The notes: generated by a model from the sequence alone, not told the origin. Counted from the first letter of the stretch, positions 10,209 to 24,737 are shown. The stretch: 64,000 bases of DNA from Aequorivita sp. HC6-5 (GCA_905182755.1 CAJJCS010000001.1:12945-76944); one strand, 5' to 3'. Translations and numbers: made by a program.

Positions 10209-12646
10209 ATGAAGCACGTTAGCTATTATTTGGTTTTGTTTTTTTTGATGTTTCATTGCGTTATGTATGGGCAATATACAGTTACGGGTATTGTAATTTC
10301 TGAAAACACTAACACTCCTGTCCCAGCTACAGAGGTGTATAACACAACTCTATCTAGTGCTACAGTTACAAACAACTTAGGTGTTTTTACTTTTGAAAAT
10401 GTTCCAGCGGGCACCTATACATTTGATGCTTTTTCTTTTGAATATAAAGTTGTCCAGGCCATTGTTGATATAACAAAAGATACCTCTCTAACTATTGTGC
10501 TTCCTAGGTTGGGCGAAACTCTAAATGAGGTTGTTATCACAAAACGTAAAGAAAGAATTTTTGCCCTTCGAAATCTAAGAGATATTGAGGGAACGGCAAT
10601 TTATGCTGGTAAAAAGAGTGAAGTAGTTGTACTAGATAATCTTACTGCAAATTTAGCAAGTGGAACTGCTAGACAGATCTATGGTCAAGTTGTAGGATTA
10701 AACATTTACGATAACAATGATGCAGGATTACAACTTAATATTGGAGGGCGTGGACTTGATCCAAATAGAACATCCTCTTTTAACACGCGTCAAAATGGAT
10801 ATGATATATCAGCAGATGTTTTGGGATATCCAGAGAGTTATTATACGCCCCCAGCCGAAGCTATTGAACAAATAGAAATAGTTCGCGGTGCAGCATCTTT
10901 ACAGTATGGAACTCAATTTGGAGGACTTATCAACTTTAAGTTAAAAATGCCAGACACTTCCAAAAAAATCAGTTTAGTTTCAAGGCAATCTATAGGCAGT
11001 AATGATTTGTTTACTAGTTTTAATAGTCTAAGTGGTACCTCCGGGAAGGTTGGTTATTATAGTTATTTTAACTACAAGAAAGGCAATGGTTTTAGACCTA
11101 ATTCTCAGTTCGATTCTTACAATGCATATGCTCATATAGATTACAGCTTTTCTGAAAAAACAAAAGTGTCTTTTGAGTTTAGTTTTTTAGATTATCTAGC
11201 TCAGCAACCTGGAGGTCTAACAGATGCACAATTCGAGCAACAGCCAAATTTTAGCAATCGAACACGTAATTGGTTTGATGTAGATTGGAAATTGTACTCC
11301 CTTGCTTTACAGCATGCTATATCATCAAAAACTGATATTAGTATTAACATATTTGCACTTGATGCCTCTAGAAAGTCTGTGGGTTTTAGAGAAAACAGGG
11401 TGTCTCAGGTAGATGATTTAGAGGCTCCTAGAGATTTAATTGTTGGTAATTTTAGAAACTGGGGTGCAGAAGCACGTTTTTTAACAAGATATAATTTATT
11501 TAAGACAGAGCAAGCGCTATTGATTGGCGCCAAATATTATCAATCAAATAATAAGGAGCGTCAAGGGCCTGGGAGCACTTCAGCAGATGCTGATTTTAAT
11601 TTTGCAGATATCGAGTTTCCTGAGTACTCAAGACAAAGTGATTTTACTTTTCCAAACTTAAATGTTGCTTTATTTGCCGAGCATATTTTTAAACTTTCTC
11701 AAAAACTTACAGTAACACCAGGTGTAAGAGTTGATTTTATAAAAACACAGAGTCAAGGAGTGTATAAAAATATTATTTTCGATTTAGCGGGTAACGCTAT
11801 TTTAAATCAAACCATTCCAGATAATCGTAGTTTTGATCGCAGTTTTGTTTTATTGGGAGTTGGAGCTAGTTATAAGGCCTCACATGCTACTGAAATATAT
11901 ACTAATTTGAGTCAAAATTATAGATCTGTAACCTTTAGTGACATAAGAATTACGAATCCTTCATTAACAATAGATCCAAATATCACCGATGAGCAAGGGT
12001 ATACTTTTGATTTGGGTGCGCGTGGAAAGTTTAAAAATTTCCTTAGGTATGATTTTGGTTTATTCTACCTTAGTTATCAAGACAGGTTAGGTGTTGTCGT
12101 TAGAGAGGTTAGTGATATACAGGATGAACGTTTCAGGGGTAATATAGGTGATGCCATAACCTATGGTTTTGAGGGTTTTGTTGATTGGAATGTTTGGGAA
12201 ACATTCTCGTCAAACGAAAACTTTAGATTAAATACATTTTTAAATCTTGCATTTACAGAGAGTCAGTACATAAAATCTCAAGAAAATAACGTAGAAGGTA
12301 AACAAGTAGAGTTTATACCAAGAGTAAATTTAAAAACAGGTATTAGTTTTGGTTATGGTGATTTTTTGAGCAGTGTTCAATACACCTATTTAACCAAACA
12401 ATTTACTGACGCCACAAATTCTCCAAGAGACTTTAGCAGTCAAAGCGGTGTGATTGGTGAAATACCATCCTATGATATTTTAGATTTTCGCTGTCATATA
12501 CTTACAAGAGATTTAAAATTGAATCTGGCATTAATAACATGCTCAATACAAATTATTTTACAAGAAGAGCGACAGGGTATCCAGGCCCTGGTATCATCCC
12601 AAGTCAGCCAAGAACCTTTTATGGATTATTGCAGTTTAAGCTGTAG
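10209..12646 (+). CDS. TonB-dependent receptor (FecA-like) with N-terminal carboxypeptidase-regulatory-like domain; frameshift near 12488
   Basis: Plug motifs (IGGRGLDPNR, IEIVRGAASLQYG); the shifted frame gives a typical C-terminus ...NNMLNTNYFTRRATGYPGPGIIPSQPRTFYGLLQFKL* ending 12646. Confidence 0.9.
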
Positions 12647-12755
12647 GAGTGTTTTATATTCTAAGAAATCAAATTCACAATAAATAATAGTATATTTACA
12701 CGCAATTAAACACAAACAACGTTGTATGTCTTTTCAGCGTTTAATCTTGATTGCA

Positions 12756-14231
<1,476 letters not shown>

Positions 14232-14251
14232 AAACAAAACATTTTATATAT

Positions 14252-14287
14252 AAAAAAAGCCTAGAATACGTATTCTAGGCTTTTTTT
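14252..14287. terminator. Bidirectional intrinsic terminator
   Basis: A7-GCCTAGAATA-CG-TATTCTAGGC-T7 between convergent genes. Confidence 0.9.
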
Positions 14288-14327
14288 GGTTTGGATTTGT
14301 ACTACTGTTTTATTAGCTTGGCTTTGT

Positions 14328-14895
14328 TTAGCTTGGTGCAGCTTTTTGCTTTACAGCTTTGGTAAAAGTAGTGGAGGCAATGACAGATCCCCATCCTAGG
14401 TGCATCTCTACATGCCAGTTGTCTGCACTCAGTAAAAGCAATAGAGAACGCTTCTGTTTCACCTTTAGTGATTGTAGCTTGCATTGTAGCTACATCATAT
14501 TTTTGGTTGTAGTAGTAGGCTCCCCATAGGTTAATTTCACTATTAATAATCACGGTCCACTCTTTCTGGCCAGGGATTGTAAATAAAGAATAGGTTCCTG
14601 GCTTAATTAGTGTTTTTCCAGCCATCATTGGCTTGTAAAATGTAATTTGGGCTGCTTCATTAGCGCCCGTCCTCCAAACCTCACCGGTTGGGGCTAGTTT
14701 AGATAATGCTCTTCCTTTTAATTGTGGTCTAGAGTAGGTTACTTTTACAGTTTTAGCAGAAATTTTATAGCTAGATGGAAATGAAGCCACATCCATAGGG
14801 CTTTTGTCTAGTTTTTTAAATTCTTGAGAAAAGGTGAGTTGACTCGTCATTAAAGCAAGCGCAAAAAAAAGGATTGTTGATTTTAAATTTTTCAT
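14328..14895 (-). CDS. DUF2911 domain secreted protein; frameshift near 14428
   Basis: LDKSPMD, VTYSRP..KGR, VWRTGANEA, GTYSLFTIP, WGAY; shifted frame continues ADNWHVEMHLGWG...* ending 14328. Confidence 0.85.
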
Positions 14896-15100
14896 GTTGT
14901 TTTTTTAATTTTTGTTGAGTTTTTGTTTGTCATTTTAAAACAAGGAAACTACACTAGATATGTCTTGTTTTTATCTAAGAATAACACCATTGCAAACTAC
15001 ATGTTTTCTATAAAAAAAACAGAAGTGTTTTTCACAATTATTTGTTAATAACTTAGCCGCTAAAGCCTCCCTAATTACTAGGTATTCCTATCGGTTTGGT

Positions 15101-15108
15101 TATATTTG
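15101..15108 (+). promoter_or_regulatory. -7 element (TATATTTG) upstream of gyrB
   Basis: Exact TAnnTTTG match about 100 nt before the ATG. Confidence 0.5.
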
Positions 15109-15207
15109 TTAAGGTTGTTAAAATGGAGCATAAACACGGTGATTATAGTAGGTGTTTTTAGCTGTTTTTTTAAGGCCGTCATACAAACATTTTGAATTTA
15201 AGTATTT

Positions 15208-18166
<2,959 letters not shown>

Positions 18167-18316
18167 AGAACTCCTTATATTTCTTACTTATAGTTGTATT
18201 TTTGCATCGAAATTTTTGAATCATCAAATTTCAAAAAAACATTAAATTAAGTTTAATTCGGTTTGTATATCAAACACAAACCATAAATAAGATTTCCGCC
18301 ATCGCGGAACATAGAT

Positions 18317-19243
18317 ATGAAAGTAACAGTTGTTGGTGCAGGTGCCGTAGGTGCTAGTTGTGCAGAGTATATTGCAATTAAAAATTTTGCAAGTGAGGTC
18401 GTTTTATTAGACATTAAAGAAGGATTCGCAGAAGGTAAAGCCATGGATCTAATGCAAACAGCTTCACTAAATGGTTTTGACACTCGTATTGTTGGGTCTA
18501 CCAATGATTACAGCAAGACAGCAAACAGTGATATTTGTGTTATTACAAGTGGTATACCTCGTAAGCCAGGTATGACTCGTGAGGAGCTAATTGGTATTAA
18601 TGCAGGTATTGTAAAAATGGTTGCTACTAGTTTGGTGGCACATTCTCCAGATACTATCTTAATTGTGGTGAGTAACCCAATGGATACCATGACGTATTTG
18701 GCGCATAAAGTAACAGGATTACCAAAAAATAGAATTATTGGTATGGGTGGAGCTTTAGATAGTGCTCGTTTTAAGTACCGTCTAGCAGAGGCACTAGATG
18801 CTCCTATTAGTGATGTTGATGGAATGGTAATTGGTGGTCATAGTGATAAAGGGATGGTTCCTTTAACACGTTTGGCTACAAGAAATAGTGTTCCTGTAAC
18901 ACAGTTCATATCTCAAGAGCGTTTGGACGCAGTTAGAGAAGCAACCAAAGTAGGTGGTGCAACACTAACAGGTTTACTGGGTACTTCTGCTTGGTATGCT
19001 CCAGGTGCTGCAGTGTCTGGTTTAGTGCAAGCTATTGCTTGTGATCAGAAAAAAATATTTCCATGTTCTGTACTCTTAGAAGGTGAATATGGGCTTACTG
19101 ATTTATGTATTGGAGTTCCTGTAGTTTTGGGTAGATCAGGAATCGAAAAAATTGTAAACATAGATTTAAGTGATGCTGAAAAACAACACATGCAACAAAG
19201 TGCTGCAGGTGTTACTAAAACCAATGGTTTGTTAAGTTTCTAG
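18317..19243 (+). CDS. mdh: Malate dehydrogenase (LDH-like)
   Basis: GAGAVG, PRKPGMTREEL, VSNPMD, LDSARF, GGHSD, SAWYAPG; -7 element TATTTTTG at 18197-18204. Confidence 0.95.
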   Translation: MKVTVVGAGAVGASCAEYIAIKNFASEVVLLDIKEGFAEGKAMDLMQTASLNGFDTRIVGSTNDYSKTANSDICVITSGIPRKPGMTREELIGINAGIVKMVATSLVAHSPDTILIVVSNPMDTMTYLAHKVTGLPKNRIIGMGGALDSARFKYRLAEALDAPISDVDGMVIGGHSDKGMVPLTRLATRNSVPVTQFISQERLDAVREATKVGGATLTGLLGTSAWYAPGAAVSGLVQAIACDQKKIFPCSVLLEGEYGLTDLCIGVPVVLGRSGIEKIVNIDLSDAEKQHMQQSAAGVTKTNGLLSF

Positions 19244-19270
19244 TACCACTATTTTAATCTTATTATATTG

Positions 19271-19304
19271 ATAAAGACTGTAGCAATACAGTCTTTATTT
19301 TTTT
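19271..19304 (+). terminator. mdh intrinsic terminator
   Basis: ATAAAGACTGTA-GCAA-TACAGTCTTTAT followed by T6. Confidence 0.85.
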
Positions 19305-19316
19305 ATATTTGCCAGT

Positions 19317-19928
19317 ATGCAAACAAAATGGTATTTACGCTCCTTTGTAATTCTAGTTGTCCTTATAGGGCTTACTCTAGAGCAAATCGCGCAACCTAAT
19401 CAACAAATAGTTGTTGAGTTTGCTGGTGATAGTGTTAGTCTCTCTAGTGCTCAAAATACCATAGCAGCTGTAACAAATAAGTTGCAAGCCATTGGTGCCA
19501 AAAGCATAAAAGTAAAGCAAGGCGCAAATGGTGTTTTAACGATATCCTACTACAGTACCATAGATACAGAAGCTGTAAAGGGTATGCTTTCTTCAAAAAA
19601 AGAAGTGCTTGAAGGAGTTGCCTCTGGAAGTAGCTCTCCTAAAAACCAAGCCCCTCCTTTTGACACTTCATCTAACTACAAGCTAGATGTCTATGAAATC
19701 CATCAGCAGTATGATATAAAGCCAGATTTAAACGGGCTAGTACTTACTTTTGAGGGTAAAACCCATAGATACTTCATCGCAAAGGTGTATGGTGCTATTG
19801 GTGGCAATCAAATTGCGCAACAAAATAAAATCACTACCGTATCATTTATAGCACAAGGTGCTGTTTCATTAGTTCTTACTGATTTTTCTTACAAGATTCC
19901 ACAAGTAAGAGCAGGCCCAATAGTTTAA
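19317..19928 (+). CDS. Secreted-type leader protein with C-terminal RAGP motif; candidate translation-arrest peptide upstream of secDF
   Basis: N-terminal hydrophobic signal; ends ...YKIPQVRAGPIV*; same strand and 203 nt upstream of secDF; TATATTTG at 19304-19311. Confidence 0.75.
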   Translation: MQTKWYLRSFVILVVLIGLTLEQIAQPNQQIVVEFAGDSVSLSSAQNTIAAVTNKLQAIGAKSIKVKQGANGVLTISYYSTIDTEAVKGMLSSKKEVLEGVASGSSSPKNQAPPFDTSSNYKLDVYEIHQQYDIKPDLNGLVLTFEGKTHRYFIAKVYGAIGGNQIAQQNKITTVSFIAQGAVSLVLTDFSYKIPQVRAGPIV

Positions 19929-20131
19929 AAACTGTAGCGCTTATTTTCTTTAAAAGTTTCTGAAGTACATCATACTATCTTTACTTAGCTACACATCTTA
20001 ATTACGCTATTTTAGTGTTTTTTGATGCCAGAGAACAAATTCAACTATTTTTATTTTTAATACATAGTGTCAAATCGGGCAATACTTTTTATATTCGCCC
20101 GACAAAAAATTGACAATAAAACAACAACAAC

Positions 20132-23100
20132 ATGCAAAATAAAGGACTCATTACAATGTTTGCGATTTTGTTTGGTTTGGTAAGTTTATACCAATTATCA
20201 TACACATATCTTGCAAATACAGTAGAAGACAGTGCAACTCAGTATGCAAATGCAAAGTTCACTAAAGATCAACCAAATCAAAGAGCAGCTGCAGAAGCTG
20301 CGTATCTTGATAGCGTTTCTAGTTACCCAATAATGATGGGTATTGATTACAAGACTGCTAAAGAAAAAGAGCTTAATAAAGGACTTGATTTAAAAGGTGG
20401 TATTAATGTTATTCTTCAGATTTCTGTTCAAGACATCTTAAAAGGATTATCAAACAATACTAAAGATCCTGCCTTTAATCAAGCACTTGCAAATGCAGGT
20501 GAATTACAAAAAGATTCTCAAGACACTTTTTTAGAGTCTTTTTATATCGCTTTTGAAGCCCTTGATGGTGACAATGTACTGGCATCTCCAGATATTTTCT
20601 TCAACAAAGGATTGGAAGATGATATTAATGCTACTATGACCAATGATGAGGTAAAGAAAGTAATTAATAGAAAGATTGATGAGTCTATCACATCGGCTTT
20701 CGAAGTACTACGTAAGCGTATAGATAAATTTGGGGTAACACAACCAAACATTCAGCGTTTAGGAAACTCTGCACGTATATTGGTAGAATTACCAGGCGCT
20801 AAGGATAAAGAACGTGTTTCTAAGCTATTACAAAGCACAGCACAACTTGAGTTTTGGGATGTGTACAAGAGCGAAGAAATGGCAGGGTTTTTACAACTTG
20901 CAAATAATAAAGTAGCTGAGCTTGCAAAAGCAAATGAGGCTCCCGATACCCAGGTTGAAAAACTAGATGCATCAGACACACAAAGTACTGTTGATGATTT
21001 ACTTGCTGGAGAAGAAGTAGAAGAAACAGAAGAGGCGCTTGAAAAAGCAAATCCTTTATTTTCAAAATTAGTTTCTCCTGGATTTAACGGTCGTCCTGTA
21101 CTAGGAACCTTTAAATTAAAAGATACTGCTGTTGTTAATTCTTACCTGCGTATGTCTCAAGTAAGAGCCTTATTGCCACAGCAACAACGTTTCACTAAGT
21201 TTATATGGGAAAAGCCTGTAGAAACTGAGCTAGTAGACGGAACTACAATAATGACTTCTGGCCTGTTCGCTATTAAAGGTAATAGAGACATGAGAGCTCC
21301 ACTAGCTGGTGGTGTTGTTACAGATGCTGCTCAAACCTATGACCAGTTTAGCAATGCTGCTGTTTCTATGCAGATGAATGGTAAAGGAGCTAAGATTTGG
21401 GAAGAGATGACCAAAAATGCAAATAAAAATTCATCACAAATTGCTATTGTCTTAGATGATATTGTATACTCTGCACCAGGAGTTACTTCACCAGGAGGGA
21501 TTGCTGGAGGTAGAAGTGAAATCACTGGAGACTTTAGTATCACAGAAGGACAAGATTTAGCAAACGTTTTACGAGCGGGTAAATTACCTGCCTCTGCAGA
21601 TATTATTCAGGCAGAAGTTGTAGGACCTACTCTAGGGCAGGAAGCCATTACAAGTGGTATGATTTCTTTTGGTATTGCACTACTTCTAGTATTGTTTTGG
21701 ATGGTTGGTTATTATGGTAAGGCCGGAGCTTTTGCTGATGTTGCCCTTATAGTAAACATTCTATTTATTTTTGGAGTACTTGCAGGTCTTGGAGCTGTAT
21801 TAACCTTACCTGGTATTGCCGGTATTGTACTTACTATTGGTATCTCTGTAGATGCTAACGTACTTATATTTGAGCGTATTCGGGAAGAGCTAGCAAAAGG
21901 TAAGTCTCAAAAAGATAGTATCAAGGATGGTTTTCAAAATGCATTGTCTTCTATTTTAGATGCCAATATTACAACAGGACTAACAGGTTTAATTCTATTG
22001 ATATTTGGAACTGGACCAATTCAAGGTTTTGCAACTACCTTACTTATAGGTATTCTTACCTCTTTGTTCACTGCAATTTTTATAACAAGATTGTTTATTG
22101 ATAGTTATACCAAAAACGGGAAGCCATTGGCATTCTCTACATCAGTTACAAAAAACTTGTTTAAAAATGTGAATATTAATTTCTTAGGGAAACGTAAGAT
22201 AGCCTATGTGATTTCTGCTATTTTAATTACAGTAAGTATTGGATCTTTGGTTACAAACAGCCTTGATCAAGGTGTTGATTTTGTTGGAGGTAGAACATAC
22301 ACTGTTCGTTTCGCTCAAGATGTAGATGCATCAGCGGTAGAACAAGATTTAATTGCGCAATTCAATAGTGCAGAGGCCAAAACCTATGGAGCTAATAACC
22401 AGTTAAAAATTACTACAAAATACAAAGTAGGGGAGACTGGATCTGAGATTGACAACGAAGTACAAGTGAAACTTTACGATGGTGTAAAATCATACCTTCC
22501 ACAGGGCATGACCTACGATGAGTTTAGAGAAGATAATACGGCAAAGATTGCTGGTATTATGGAGTACTATAAGGTGAGTCCTACTATTGCAGATGATATC
22601 AAGAAAAATTCTTTTTGGGCTGTATTTGGATCTTTATTTGTAGTGTTCTTGTATATCTTAGTTCGTTTTAGAAGATGGCAATTTAGTTTGGGAGCTGTAG
22701 TAGCTGTATTCCATGATGTATTGTTGGTGTTAGGAGTTTTCTCTTTAACACAAAACATTATGCCATTTAGTATGGAGATTGACCAGTCATTCATCGCTGC
22801 GATATTAACAGTAATTGGATACTCATTAAATGATACCGTGGTTGTTTTTGACCGTATTAGAGAGTACTTTAATGACAATCCAAAATGGGCATTTAGTAAA
22901 GTAATTAACAGCGCATTAAATAGTACATTAAGCCGTACGTTAAATACCTCTTTAACTACATTAATTGTACTGTTGTGTATCTTCTTTATTGGAGCAGAAT
23001 CTATCCGAGGACTTATATTTGCCCTTATGGTAGGTGTTGTAGTAGGAACCTACTCTTCACTGTTTATTGCAACTCCAGTGATGTATGATACTGTGAAGAA

Positions 23101-23149
23101 AAAAGCTAGTGACTTACTAGAGGTTAAAACCCAAGAGGTAGAAGCATAA
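20132..23149 (+). CDS. secDF: Protein translocase subunit SecDF (fused)
   Basis: GLDLKGG, RIDKFGV, LRAGKLP, VGPTLG, LTLPGIAG, VDANVLIFERIREE, GVDFVGG, GYSLNDTVVVFDRIRE. Confidence 0.97.
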   Translation: MQNKGLITMFAILFGLVSLYQLSYTYLANTVEDSATQYANAKFTKDQPNQRAAAEAAYLDSVSSYPIMMGIDYKTAKEKELNKGLDLKGGINVILQISVQDILKGLSNNTKDPAFNQALANAGELQKDSQDTFLESFYIAFEALDGDNVLASPDIFFNKGLEDDINATMTNDEVKKVINRKIDESITSAFEVLRKRIDKFGVTQPNIQRLGNSARILVELPGAKDKERVSKLLQSTAQLEFWDVYKSEEMAGFLQLANNKVAELAKANEAPDTQVEKLDASDTQSTVDDLLAGEEVEETEEALEKANPLFSKLVSPGFNGRPVLGTFKLKDTAVVNSYLRMSQVRALLPQQQRFTKFIWEKPVETELVDGTTIMTSGLFAIKGNRDMRAPLAGGVVTDAAQTYDQFSNAAVSMQMNGKGAKIWEEMTKNANKNSSQIAIVLDDIVYSAPGVTSPGGIAGGRSEITGDFSITEGQDLANVLRAGKLPASADIIQAEVVGPTLGQEAITSGMISFGIALLLVLFWMVGYYGKAGAFADVALIVNILFIFGVLAGLGAVLTLPGIAGIVLTIGISVDANVLIFERIREELAKGKSQKDSIKDGFQNALSSILDANITTGLTGLILLIFGTGPIQGFATTLLIGILTSLFTAIFITRLFIDSYTKNGKPLAFSTSVTKNLFKNVNINFLGKRKIAYVISAILITVSIGSLVTNSLDQGVDFVGGRTYTVRFAQDVDASAVEQDLIAQFNSAEAKTYGANNQLKITTKYKVGETGSEIDNEVQVKLYDGVKSYLPQGMTYDEFREDNTAKIAGIMEYYKVSPTIADDIKKNSFWAVFGSLFVVFLYILVRFRRWQFSLGAVVAVFHDVLLVLGVFSLTQNIMPFSMEIDQSFIAAILTVIGYSLNDTVVVFDRIREYFNDNPKWAFSKVINSALNSTLSRTLNTSLTTLIVLLCIFFIGAESIRGLIFALMVGVVVGTYSSLFIATPVMYDTVKKKASDLLEVKTQEVEA

Positions 23150-23171
23150 GCTACTATTTTTAAGCATATAT

Positions 23172-23204
23172 AAAATGCCTTCTGGTTTTCCAGAAGGCAT
23201 TTTT
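23172..23204. terminator. Intrinsic terminator after secDF (probably bidirectional)
   Basis: AAAATGCCTTCTGG-TTTT-CCAGAAGGCATTTT. Confidence 0.9.
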
Positions 23205-23214
23205 GTTATTATAT

Positions 23215-23472
23215 ATAATAGGGCAGGGCTGTGGCTAGTCAAAAAAAGTATACCGCTATTTAAAGGAAGTTGTTTGCGTTAGATTAAGTCCCTTTGAGTG
23301 TCATAGCGATAGAAGGTCGTCTGTATAGTGAATGCTTTTTATAGTTTCACTAGTGTTTTGTCTAATAACACAAAGCCTGCCATCAATTATTAAGCTAATT
23401 TCTTGGGTGCCTATCTAGTGTTTTCTTTACAAAGAACAGTGAAAATTCTAAGACCTAAAATAAGTAGCTAGC
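23215..23472 (-). pseudogene. Decayed DUF192-family lipoprotein remnant
   Basis: Reverse-strand fragments LC-KEN, DGRLCVIRQNTSETIKSI and YDTQRDLI*RKQLPLNSGILF resemble the DUF192 GLMYR...GMLF motif; several in-frame stops; truncated. Confidence 0.6.
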
Positions 23473-24411
23473 CTAAGATAAGGGGTCGCTGTTGTATGTT
23501 TTTTTGTAGGATTGAACCATAAAATAAACACCGCACAAAACAAAAGGAATACTAAGCCATTGCCCAGTATTTAAAAGCCAGTCTCCTCTAGTATCTACTT
23601 GGGCTTCTTTCACAAACTCTACAAAGAATCTGACGGTCCATAAAAGCACTAAAAACAATCCAAACAAAAATCCAAGTTGTTTGCTTTTATCTGTTTTCCA
23701 GTAAAAGTATAAAAGGGTTAAAAACACAAAAATATAACCAAAAGATTCATACAGCTGTGCGGGATGTCTAAAAGGCACACTTGCCAATATTTCTGCAAAT
23801 TCTGGATCATTTGCTATTGCATCATAGGCTTTGTTCGGGTCTTTAATTTTTGTAATAATTGTTGCTTGTCTTGCTCCAATACTGTCTTTTAAAAATTGCA
23901 CTCCCAGCGGGAAATCTGTAACTTCTTTCCCAATAATTTCAGAATTAATAAAATTTCCAATTCTCACAAAAATAGCGCCACTTGCCACAGGTATCACCAC
24001 GCGGTCAAGAATCCAGAGCATTGGTTTTTTAATTACATTTTTACTATAAAAATACATAGCAACAATCACTGCAATAGCTGCTCCATGAGATGCCAATCCT
24101 CTAAAACCTGTGTACTCAATCTCTGGCACAAACCTAAAGGGTAAAATAATAGACAATGGGTCTTGAAACACAAGCTCGCTTTGGTAAAAAAGCACATGGC
24201 CAATACGTGCTCCAATTAAAATTGCGAGCACCATGTATATAAAAAGACTGTCTAAGTTTTTTTCGCTTTCTTGCTCTTTTTTGTATATTTTTTTAATGAT
24301 ATACCACCCTAAAGAGAAGGCCACCACAAACATTAAACTATAAAATTGGATTTTAAAAAAACCAAGGTCAATGCCATCTGTTGGATTCCATAGTAGTGTT
24401 AGTGCTTGCAT
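23473..24411 (-). CDS. lgt: Prolipoprotein diacylglyceryl transferase
   Basis: IGARIGH, GLASHG, RIGNFINSEIIG, HPAQLYES, RFFVEFVK, GQWLS. Confidence 0.96.
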   Translation of the reverse strand: MQALTLLWNPTDGIDLGFFKIQFYSLMFVVAFSLGWYIIKKIYKKEQESEKNLDSLFIYMVLAILIGARIGHVLFYQSELVFQDPLSIILPFRFVPEIEYTGFRGLASHGAAIAVIVAMYFYSKNVIKKPMLWILDRVVIPVASGAIFVRIGNFINSEIIGKEVTDFPLGVQFLKDSIGARQATIITKIKDPNKAYDAIANDPEFAEILASVPFRHPAQLYESFGYIFVFLTLLYFYWKTDKSKQLGFLFGLFLVLLWTVRFFVEFVKEAQVDTRGDWLLNTGQWLSIPFVLCGVYFMVQSYKKTYNSDPLS

Positions 24412-24473
24412 AAAGTATTGATTTGTTATTTAGTAAATATACTATTTTATTGATTTTAAAATTCTAAACGGTT

Positions 24474-24737
24474 CTATTTCTTTGGAGGGACTGGGTCGTG
24501 TCCATGACTGCCCCATGGGGCGCACCGGGCAATTCTTTTTAAAGATAACCAGCCTCCAATTAAAACACCATGTACTTCTAATGCTTGTAGTGCATAATTA
24601 GAACAACTAGGAGTGTATCTGCAGGTTGGGGCAAATAAAGGAGATATGAGTCGCTGGTAGCAACGAATAATAAAAACAAAAGGTGCTATTAGAATGTTTT
24701 TTACCAAAATAAGTGTGCGGTTTTTTTTCTGAAACAC
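24474..24737 (-). CDS. yidD: Membrane protein insertion efficiency factor
   Basis: [34 protein letters not shown]; start codon uncertain. Confidence 0.93.
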   Translation of the reverse strand: MFQKKNRTLILVKNILIAPFVFIIRCYQRLISPLFAPTCRYTPSCSNYALQALEVHGVLIGGWLSLKRIARCAPWGSHGHDPVPPKK

